Below are positions 9,936 through 17,889 of a stretch of DNA of 35,935 bases, piece by piece. Positions within the stretch are counted from its first letter, which is position 1. The number at the start of each line of letters is the position of its first letter. The position numbers and the translations under genes are program-made. The notes under the pieces were generated by a model. The model was not told the DNA's origin and did no database searches. It was given only the letters and a program-made list of their open reading frames with translations. Source of the stretch: Nitrospinota bacterium (GTDB lineage: Bacteria > Nitrospinota > Nitrospinia > Nitrospinales > VA-1); NCBI GenBank assembly GCA_038108555.1, contig JAYNIA010000002.1, forward strand, positions 133,761 through 169,695. Reading direction: 5' to 3'.

Positions 9936-10670
9936 TTATCGAAAACTTTCTTTCAGATTCATCTTTTTATAAGCTACCGGAATGAGAGCCAGAACGCCTA
10001 ATAGACATAAAGAAACAAGAACCTTTATAGACATAATATCTTCCAGTGAGGAAATCGTTGCCAGGTTATTACCTGCCAGAGAATAGACATAAGTGGACGG
10101 CAACTTGCCGAGCATGGTTCCGAAAAAGAATGATTTCAGAGGCATCTGTGACAGTGCCAATCCAATATTAACCGCAAAAAAGGGGAACAGCGGAACCAAC
10201 CGGAAAAACAAAACACTGTTAAAAGGTTTTTCACACAGGTTCTCATTGACTCCTCTAATTTTTTCCGAACACTTACTCTCTATCCAATCCCTCAGCAAAT
10301 ACCTGGACACCAAAAATGCCAGTGCGCCTCCCATTCCCGAACCCACAATGACTACCAATGTCCCCAATGTCGGTCCGAATATAACCCCTGCCGCGAAACT
10401 AAGAAGAGTGGCACCGGGTAAAAGAAATAACCCAATCAACAAAAACATCACAATATACCCCCCAACCAGGGTCAAGGGATTGGCTATGTAAAATTGGTCC
10501 AACTCGCTTTGATGGAGTTTCAACCTTTCCAGGGAAAGGTATTGCCAGGGATCAAAAAACACAATAGACCCTATGGCTAATAAAAGCAAAAGGAGCAGTC
10601 TTCTTTTATTTTTTAGAAACACGACATCACCTGTATTTATTATTCCGGCAACGGTCGCATAGTGTATCAA
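9936..10670 (-). CDS. TVP38/TMEM64 (DedA/SNARE-associated VTT) family membrane protein
   Basis: LPGATLLSFAAGVIFG, AFLVSRYLLRDW, FRLVPLFPFFAVN motifs; multi-TM. The true start may be further downstream. Confidence 0.85.
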   Translation of the reverse strand: MIHYATVAGIINTGDVVFLKNKRRLLLLLLLAIGSIVFFDPWQYLSLERLKLHQSELDQFYIANPLTLVGGYIVMFLLIGLFLLPGATLLSFAAGVIFGPTLGTLVVIVGSGMGGALAFLVSRYLLRDWIESKCSEKIRGVNENLCEKPFNSVLFFRLVPLFPFFAVNIGLALSQMPLKSFFFGTMLGKLPSTYVYSLAGNNLATISSLEDIMSIKVLVSLCLLGVLALIPVAYKKMNLKESFR

Positions 10671-10695
10671 ACAGATTTATAAAACGGGCTACAGA

Positions 10696-10786
10696 AATCT
10701 TCCTCCGTCTCAGGGAACAAAACCCGATGCAAAAATGGGGGCCTGAATATTCAAACCGGGCGCATCCCTCAAGACAGAGGAAGATT
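10696..10786. repeat. Imperfect 21/22-bp inverted repeat enclosing 48 nt (long hairpin)
   Basis: Left arm aatcttcctccgtctcaggga (10696-10716); reverse complement of right arm (10765-10786) aatcttcctctgtcttgaggga. Confidence 0.75.
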
Positions 10787-10797
10787 CTTAATTCACT

Positions 10798-11850
10798 CTA
10801 TTCGGGAAAGGATGAGGGTGCTTTTACATGCTGCCACCCTTCTCCATTCAGCGAGCGAAGCATTTCAATCAAGTCCTTCTTTTCAGATTCGGAAAGATTC
10901 AGGGGAATGATCTGATTATCCAGGAAAGGATTTTTCACACCTCCCTGGTTGTAATGCTCGACCACCTGACTTAAGGTTGCAAACCGGCCATCATGCATAT
11001 AAGGAGCCGTACGCGCTATTTCCCTTAACGTGGGTGTTTTAAAAGCTCCCATATCCTTTTTATCGTGGGAAACATGATACCTGCCCAAATCAACCGCTTC
11101 TCTATCCCAGCCAATGCCTATATTATGGAATTTTTCATCGGAAAAATTGGTTCCAAAATGACAGAGGTTGCAGCGGGCTTTTCCAAAAAATAATCTCTTT
11201 CCCCGTTTTGCTGATTCGGAAATGGCATTTTCCTCACCCTCCCAGTCAAACCGGTCGAAAGGACTGTTGCCCGAAATAAGTGTCCTTTGAAATGACGCAA
11301 TAGCTTTTCCTACTTTTTGGATGGTTATTGCCCCATTTCCAAAAGTTTCATCAAACAGCTTTTTGTAACCGGAAATTTTGTTTAAAGTTTCGACCACATC
11401 CTTGTTGCTTACAAAACCATGTTCGATGGGATTGGTTAAAGGTCCTACCGACTGTTCTTCCAGTGTAGAAGCCCGCCCATCCCAAAATTGAGCTTCACTG
11501 AAACCCCGATTAATCGAAGTGGCGGCGCTTCTACCACCCTGCTGTAGATTTATCCCCGTGGAAACCGGTTGACCATCGGTAAAGGCCAGTGCCGGCATAT
11601 GGCAGGTGGCACAAGCTATTTTTCCATTTTGAGATAAACGCTTATCAAAAAACAGGAGATGTCCCAGAGAAACTTTCTCCTTAGTTATGGGATTATTTTC
11701 AGGCACATGAAACAAATCTTCATCCAGTCCCAATGGAATTTCCAACTCAAATTCTGTTTCAGAAGCAGAAGTGATGTTCGCCAGGCTGATCGCAAGAATG
11801 AAAACCACCCCTATTCTCCAAACTTTTAAAATCGATATTTTTCTAACCAT
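10798..11850 (-). CDS. Di-heme cytochrome c peroxidase, bCcP/MauG superfamily, exported
   Basis: Signal peptide; LFFDKRLS, CATCH, QFWDGRA..LEEQ, CNLCH, FKTPTLR, TAPYMHDG; RBS AGGAGG upstream. Confidence 0.9.
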   Translation of the reverse strand: MVRKISILKVWRIGVVFILAISLANITSASETEFELEIPLGLDEDLFHVPENNPITKEKVSLGHLLFFDKRLSQNGKIACATCHMPALAFTDGQPVSTGINLQQGGRSAATSINRGFSEAQFWDGRASTLEEQSVGPLTNPIEHGFVSNKDVVETLNKISGYKKLFDETFGNGAITIQKVGKAIASFQRTLISGNSPFDRFDWEGEENAISESAKRGKRLFFGKARCNLCHFGTNFSDEKFHNIGIGWDREAVDLGRYHVSHDKKDMGAFKTPTLREIARTAPYMHDGRFATLSQVVEHYNQGGVKNPFLDNQIIPLNLSESEKKDLIEMLRSLNGEGWQHVKAPSSFPE

Positions 11851-11918
11851 TTGTTGCCTCCTATAAATTTTTGTTAACCTTATGGACTTATTATTGGCAA
11901 CAATACTTGATCTGTCTA

Positions 11919-11954
11919 ATCGATTAATATTATAATTTAATAGATGAAATCTAT
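11919..11954. promoter_or_regulatory. Putative OxyR operator between peroxidase and oxyR
   Basis: ATCG-N7-TTAT-N6-ATAG-N7-CTAT, near the established OxyR consensus ATAG-N7-CTAT-N7-ATAG-N7-CTAT; the perfect half (11940-11954) overlaps the oxyR start. Confidence 0.55.
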
Positions 11955-12909
11955 TAGTTTAATCCAACTCTCTTATGTCTGTGCGGTTTCGCAAACGCGA
12001 AATTTCGGGAAAGCTGCGCGTACCTGCTTTGTTTCGCAACCCACCCTTAGCATGCAAATTCAAAAACTGGAGGAGGAACTGGGAGTCATCTTGTTCGACC
12101 GCTCCAAAAAACCGGTAGAACCCACGTCTGTGGGTAAAATGGTCATAGAGCAAGCCCAACTGGCGCTGAAGGAAACGCAAAGGATTGAAGAATTAATCAA
12201 AGAAGTAAAGGGAGATATTAGCGGAGAATTCAGACTTGGAATAATTCCCACCCTGGCACCTTATCTCCTGCCATTATTCCTGGAAAGATTTATAACGAAT
12301 CATCCAAGGGTTGAACTGATTGTGGAAGAAATGCAAACCCAGAAAATCATCAAAATGCTTAAAGAGGACAAAATTGATTCGGGGATTCTGGTTACCCCAT
12401 TAAATCTCCCGGGAATTGTTGAGCGCCCCTTGTTCAGAGACCCTTTCGTGGCTTATCTTTCATCCAATCACCCTCTTCTCTCCCGAAAAAGAATTTCCGA
12501 CAAAGATTTGAGCCTGGATAATATTTGGCTGCTCAACGAGGGTCATTGTTTCAGAGACCAGGCCATTGAAATTTGCAAAAGAGTCAAAGGCAAAAATTCT
12601 AAAAACAAAAACCTCACCTTTGAAAGTGGAAATCTTGAAACTTTAAAAAGGCTTGTGGATCAAAACTTCGGCTATACCCTCTTACCCTCCTTGGCAATAC
12701 AGGGGATGACCGTTAGCGAACAAAAGAAAAAAGTTCGCCAGTTTACTTCCCCCATCCCGATTCGCGAAGTAAGCCTTGTCTACAGTAGAAGTTATTTAAA
12801 GAAAAGTATTATTCAAGTACTTCATAAAGAAATTACCGCCTCACTTCCCAAAAAATATAAAAGTCCGGACTCTAAGGAAAGGTTAATCGAAATTCCTGCT
12901 TATAAATAA
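11944..12909 (+). CDS. oxyR: H2O2-responsive LysR-family regulator OxyR
   Basis: LysR HTH (NFGKAARTCFVSQPTLSMQIQKLEEELG), GIIPTLAPYLLP, redox Cys pair in EGHCFRDQAIEIC. Confidence 0.92.
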   Translation: MKSISLIQLSYVCAVSQTRNFGKAARTCFVSQPTLSMQIQKLEEELGVILFDRSKKPVEPTSVGKMVIEQAQLALKETQRIEELIKEVKGDISGEFRLGIIPTLAPYLLPLFLERFITNHPRVELIVEEMQTQKIIKMLKEDKIDSGILVTPLNLPGIVERPLFRDPFVAYLSSNHPLLSRKRISDKDLSLDNIWLLNEGHCFRDQAIEICKRVKGKNSKNKNLTFESGNLETLKRLVDQNFGYTLLPSLAIQGMTVSEQKKKVRQFTSPIPIREVSLVYSRSYLKKSIIQVLHKEITASLPKKYKSPDSKERLIEIPAYK

Positions 12910-12942
12910 GGAGGGAAAACTTCTACTATTTTTCAGAAGAAA

Positions 12943-15186
12943 TCAAGCGAGAACACTATCAAGGGTTTCAATAAACATTTTCACATCAATAGGCTTGGTA
13001 ATATAAGAATGGAAACCCATATCGATGGCTCTTTGAATATCTATAGTCATTGCATCTGCTGTTAATGCAATCACGGGAATATTTTCAGTTTCATCGACTT
13101 TTTTCAGTTCTTTAAAAGCGGTCAACCCATCCATTTCAGGCAAATGGATATCCATTAAAATCAAATCAGGCAATTGGGACCGGGCTATCTTGATTCCATC
13201 TATTGCATTTGATGAAGAAATCAATTCAATCTCCGGCCTGAAGCCCAAAATTTGACGGACCAAGTCCACATTAGCCGGAATATCTTCAATGTATAGTACT
13301 TTTTTCTTTTTAAGGTTATTACCATTTTCTGATCGCTCAACAATGAACTCTCCTTCGACATCAACAGACGGTAATTTTTTATTTGAAAGAGGTAAATCAA
13401 CATAAAAGAAACTTCCTTCACCCACCTCGCTTTCAAATCCTATTGAGCCATTCATAATCTCTGTATATTGTTTTGAGATGGCCAGGCCTATTCCTGCACC
13501 TTCAATGGCTTCTGAATCTTCATGAAATCGCTCAAAAGGTTTAAATACTTTTGTTTGGTCGTTAATTGAAATCCCACAACCCGTGTCCCTAACTCCCAGT
13601 CTGATATTTCCATTCATTAACTTTTCAAATGACACTAATACATACCCTTTAACAATATTATATTTAATGGAGTTAGAAACCAGGTTCAACACAACCTGTT
13701 TCAACCTAACAGGATCTGCTTCAACCCAATAACTACCTTCTGGAATTTTTTCATATTTTATGACCACTCCATATTTATCTGCAATGGCATAGGAGAGGGA
13801 TATCACGTTGTCAACAAGGGGAACCAGATCGATAGTTTCCAGGTTTACTTCTGCACTTCCGGATTCTATTTTGGAAAGATCCAAAATTTCTGAAATAAGG
13901 TGCAACAAATGTTTTCCTGCAGATGACACTCTTTCCAAATTTTCTTTTTGATAATCTAGAAGCGGATTTTCCTTATCCAAAGCCAATAACTGAGTAAAAC
14001 CAAGGATGGAGTTCATGGGGGTCCGTAACTCATGACTCATTCGCGCTAAAAATTCAGACTTTGCCTTATTGGCCTTTTCTGCCAACTCTCTCGCCTCCCT
14101 GTTTTCCAATTCCATTTTTCTGCGATCAAGTTCAGCCTCTGCACGGGAGGCAAAGATATTTAAAATTATTTCAGCGGTGACATTATCTGAAAAAGGTTTC
14201 TCATCCATTACTACCAGGTTACCAATAGTATCCCCGGAAGAATCCATTAAAGGCACACCTAAATAACTTTGAACACCCAAGTCGATCAAAATCTTGTCTT
14301 CTGGAAATTCATTTTGTATATCCTGCAAAATGAGGCAATTTTTCTTTTCTTTTATAACGATCTCACAAGGGGTACCGGCCAGATCATATTCAAAGTTTTC
14401 TTCAAACCTATCCCCCACCCAAAGAGAAAGCGTTTTTATATTTTTGCCAGACGACAAACCTATGAAGCTATATTTCATTCCCAGAGATTTAGCCAGGTTG
14501 CAAACCAGAGAACGCACAAATTCTTCTCCGGTCTCCGAGGAGGTTCCCTCCATGATCGATTTTAATTGGCCAAACAAGTTTTCGTATCTCGATTCACTTT
14601 CCTTTAAGGCAACTTCTCCTCCTTTAAACTGAATAGCAATCGCGGCAAGGTAGGCGGCAAACTGCGCTGTTTGAATTTCATCGTCACTCGGGCTTCGTGG
14701 CTCACTGAAATAAGGGCACAAGGTTCCCAATACTTTTCCTTTTATATTTACAATGGGTGTTGACCAGCAGGCTTTTAAATCATGGGAAAGGGCAAGCCCT
14801 TTAAAGTCTGCCCAAAGGGGGCTGGTTTCTATATCTTCAACAATAACCATTTCATTTTTATAGGCCGCTGTTCCACACGACCCAACCTCTGGCCCAATTA
14901 AAAACCCATCCAATGCATCACAATATGATTTCGGCAGACTCGGTGCGGCTCCTTTTAACAAATATTGTCCACTATTATCCAAAAGAAGAATAGAACACCT
15001 GACCTCGGGTATCTTGGTTTCGAGATACTCGATTAATTTTTCCAGCGTTATCTTTAGAGACTCTCCCCTGGCCAACATTTTTAGAACATTGTCCAAACCA
15101 TCAAACATCTGTTCCGCTTTTTGGCGTTTTAGGATCTCAAGGTTTAGCTGCCGCTCTAAATCATTCATTTCAATAAAATCGGGCAA
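12943..15186 (-). CDS. Cytoplasmic hybrid histidine kinase GAF-GAF-HisKA-HATPase-REC
   Basis: GAF motifs GSCGTAAY...ACWSTPI and YDLAGTPC...SYLGVPL; FLARMSHELRTPMN; GAGIGL; receiver ILMDIHLP; no TM. Start may be ATG 15168. Confidence 0.9.
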   Translation of the reverse strand: MPDFIEMNDLERQLNLEILKRQKAEQMFDGLDNVLKMLARGESLKITLEKLIEYLETKIPEVRCSILLLDNSGQYLLKGAAPSLPKSYCDALDGFLIGPEVGSCGTAAYKNEMVIVEDIETSPLWADFKGLALSHDLKACWSTPIVNIKGKVLGTLCPYFSEPRSPSDDEIQTAQFAAYLAAIAIQFKGGEVALKESESRYENLFGQLKSIMEGTSSETGEEFVRSLVCNLAKSLGMKYSFIGLSSGKNIKTLSLWVGDRFEENFEYDLAGTPCEIVIKEKKNCLILQDIQNEFPEDKILIDLGVQSYLGVPLMDSSGDTIGNLVVMDEKPFSDNVTAEIILNIFASRAEAELDRRKMELENREARELAEKANKAKSEFLARMSHELRTPMNSILGFTQLLALDKENPLLDYQKENLERVSSAGKHLLHLISEILDLSKIESGSAEVNLETIDLVPLVDNVISLSYAIADKYGVVIKYEKIPEGSYWVEADPVRLKQVVLNLVSNSIKYNIVKGYVLVSFEKLMNGNIRLGVRDTGCGISINDQTKVFKPFERFHEDSEAIEGAGIGLAISKQYTEIMNGSIGFESEVGEGSFFYVDLPLSNKKLPSVDVEGEFIVERSENGNNLKKKKVLYIEDIPANVDLVRQILGFRPEIELISSSNAIDGIKIARSQLPDLILMDIHLPEMDGLTAFKELKKVDETENIPVIALTADAMTIDIQRAIDMGFHSYITKPIDVKMFIETLDSVLA

Positions 15187-15480
15187 AAATATAAAATTTA
15201 CATATGATTTCCATGGTTCAACAAATAATTATTCATGTCAAATTTACATAAAATTTTATTCTGGGAATAAAACACCCACAATATAAAAAAACGCTAACCT
15301 ATTGAAAAATAAATAGAAATTATATCCACCTCCTGCAAAAACGGACAGGTTCTAGACGCAAAAGGGTTTTCTGATATACTGATTTTTCTAGCTTAAATGA
15401 TGGTTCGGGTACCCTCCATTATCAGGCCTCTTTTTTTTCCTTTGTTCAATTTTTACTTTCTGAGTTATCTTTAATTAATC

Positions 15481-17067
15481 ATGATCGTAGCGAGTAATCT
15501 TGAAAAGTCTTTTGGACCCCAGGTCCTTTTTGACAAAGTTTCTTTTCTAATCAATCCGGGTGAACGAATTGGCCTGGTGGGAAAAAACGGGACAGGAAAA
15601 TCAACCCTATTTAAAATGATTTTGGGTGCGGAAAAATACGATGCCGGAGCCCTTACCCACCCGAAAAATTACCGAATCGGAGCCCTGGAACAGCATATCC
15701 ATTTCACGCAGCCAACTGTTCTTAAAGAATGCATTGAGGCCCTGCCTGCTGAAAAACAATGGGACCATTACAAAGCCGAGATTATTCTTTCGGGTCTGGG
15801 ATTTGCAGAGGAGGACTTTCAGAAAGACCCTGCCACATTCAGTGGGGGTTATCAGGTCCGTATCAACCTTTGTAAAGCCTTATTGGCTGACCCTAATATG
15901 CTCCTGCTGGACGAACCGACAAATTATCTGGATATCCTTTCCCTTCGCTGGCTCAAGGAATATCTCAACAAATGGCCGGGGGAAATGATTCTAATCACTC
16001 ATGACCGCGATTTTATGGATCAAGTCACAACGCATACTTTGGGATTGCACCGGAAGCAAGCGAGAAAAGTAAAAGGTGGAACCATTAAATACTATGAGCT
16101 GATAATTCAGGAAGAAGAAACCTACGAGCAAACCCGGAAAAATCTGGAAAACAAACGCAAGGAAATGCAAAACCTGATAGACCGATTCCGGGCGAAAGCT
16201 TCAAAGGCATCAATGGCACAATCTCGAATAAAAATGATGGAAAAAATGGGAACCCTGGATAAGCTCAGCACTGAAAAAAACCTGGGGTTCCGGTTCAACC
16301 ATCTTCCATGTCCGGGGAAAACCATATTGAACGTAAAAAACCTATCCTTTTCCTACAATGGAAAAGCTGAGGACAATATCTTTTCGGACATCTCGTTTTC
16401 CATAACCAGAAATGATCGCATAGGAATTATCGGTGCCAATGGAAAAGGAAAATCAACTTTGTTGAACTGCCTGGCTGGAGAATTGACTCCTACTGCCGGC
16501 GAATTAGTCCCTCATCCCTCCACCAGCCTGGGACATTTCGGTCAAACCAACATCGACCGTCTGGAGCCCAAAAACCAGGTGCTCCAGGAAATTCTTCGTT
16601 CCAATCCCAACCTTTCCCTGCAAGCCGCCCATAGCATTTGCGGTGCCATGATGTTTGAGGGAGACATGGCAAAGAAAAAAGTGAGTGTACTTTCAGGGGG
16701 AGAACGCAGTCGGGTTTTATTGGGCAAAATCATTTCACATCCCACCAACCTTTTATTGCTGGACGAACCCTCCCACCATCTGGACGTAGAATCCATTGAA
16801 TGTCTAATTGAAGAGTTGAGCGGTTACAAGGGGGCAGTGGTTATAGTCACTCATTCAGAACTCATTCTCAGGGCATTGGCTAAAAATTTAATTATTTTCC
16901 ACCGAGGCGGAGCTGAATATTTTCATGGAGGCTACGAAGAGTTTCTTGAAAAAGTCGGTTGGGAAGGGGAACCGGTCGCAGCTAAAAAAGTAAAATCTAA
17001 AATGAATAAAAAAGAAGCGCGGAAATTACGTGCACTCGAACGCCAGAAAGCCCAAACCAGCCAGTAA
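15481..17067 (+). CDS. ABC-F family ATP-binding protein
   Basis: Two ABC cassettes (GKNGTGKST/LLDEPTN and GANGKGKST/LSGGE/LLDEPSH) with a helical linker; no TM domain. Confidence 0.92.
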   Translation: MIVASNLEKSFGPQVLFDKVSFLINPGERIGLVGKNGTGKSTLFKMILGAEKYDAGALTHPKNYRIGALEQHIHFTQPTVLKECIEALPAEKQWDHYKAEIILSGLGFAEEDFQKDPATFSGGYQVRINLCKALLADPNMLLLDEPTNYLDILSLRWLKEYLNKWPGEMILITHDRDFMDQVTTHTLGLHRKQARKVKGGTIKYYELIIQEEETYEQTRKNLENKRKEMQNLIDRFRAKASKASMAQSRIKMMEKMGTLDKLSTEKNLGFRFNHLPCPGKTILNVKNLSFSYNGKAEDNIFSDISFSITRNDRIGIIGANGKGKSTLLNCLAGELTPTAGELVPHPSTSLGHFGQTNIDRLEPKNQVLQEILRSNPNLSLQAAHSICGAMMFEGDMAKKKVSVLSGGERSRVLLGKIISHPTNLLLLDEPSHHLDVESIECLIEELSGYKGAVVIVTHSELILRALAKNLIIFHRGGAEYFHGGYEEFLEKVGWEGEPVAAKKVKSKMNKKEARKLRALERQKAQTSQ

Positions 17068-17085
17068 TTACCCTGTTAGGTGAGT

Positions 17086-17526
17086 TCATGAGATATCTGC
17101 TTTGAGCAACAACTCTTTAAATGCCTGAAAAAGATTGACAGCAACAGAAGGATGCCCATTCACCAATTCATCGGTAAAGCCTTGTTCCAAAAATGGAGTG
17201 AACCCCTCTAATTTAGATTTATCAATGGAATCAAAATTGGTAAACCCCATGGTCCAGTTTGAAAAACCCCTATCGGTGACTTCTCCATCGTAAATCAGTT
17301 TCAGGCTTTTATGACGGGAATCCTTTTTTATATCTTCATACAAATCAAAAATAATATTTTTCTCACCTTCAAGTATCTGCATAAACTGTCTGGTCTTTTC
17401 CATATAGACAAGAATGCCTGTGATATCTTGTTCGGCATTTCTTTTTCTGCTCGTCTTCAAGATATCTAAAATATCGGCATCAGACATTTCTCTGACTGCA
17501 AAACTGCAATAAAATAATTCATGCAT
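17086..17526 (-). CDS. Stand-alone BLUF blue-light sensor (FAD-binding)
   Basis: LFYCS (Tyr), SRKRN..ITGIL, FMQILEG (Gln), KDSRH, RGFSNWTMGF (Trp/Met): the canonical BLUF residues. ATG at 17526 preferred over TTG 17532. Confidence 0.92.
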   Translation of the reverse strand: MHELFYCSFAVREMSDADILDILKTSRKRNAEQDITGILVYMEKTRQFMQILEGEKNIIFDLYEDIKKDSRHKSLKLIYDGEVTDRGFSNWTMGFTNFDSIDKSKLEGFTPFLEQGFTDELVNGHPSVAVNLFQAFKELLLKADIS

Positions 17527-17673
17527 AATCAAATTCTAAACAGGTTTCACAGCAAATTTCAAATATTTAGTTTCTAATTTCTTCATTTCCAGAGTGGCAA
17601 AAGTTATCCCTCCGACTTATCTTTAAAATAGAGGGAATTGAGTCCCATTTCAAGTGGAAAGGAGGCACCTAAA

Positions 17674-17883
17674 ATGCTGTTTCCAGTCACGGTTTACAAT
17701 GCTAAAGGTCAGGTAAAAAAGGTTGTTTCCACAGAAATGTTGCATCGAAGACACTGGAAGATTTTCCAGGACAATGAGAAAAAAAATAACTTCCAGAATG
17801 CAGGAGGTCCAAAAATATCCAAGGAATTGAAGGCGAAACTGGACAAAGAGTTTCCGCCTTATTTAAAAGGCAACCGAAACTAA
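17674..17883 (+). CDS. Small hypothetical protein (69 aa)
   Basis: Strong RBS AAAGGAGG at 17658-17665 before ATG 17674; MLFPVTVYNAKGQVKKVVS... Confidence 0.7.
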   Translation: MLFPVTVYNAKGQVKKVVSTEMLHRRHWKIFQDNEKKNNFQNAGGPKISKELKAKLDKEFPPYLKGNRN

Positions 17884-17889
17884 AACCTG

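Noticed and set aside
10696..10786. 6S RNA or SRP RNA identity for the hairpin
   Set aside because: About half the length of 6S RNA, and it lacks the SRP GGAA tetraloop/AGCAG motif.
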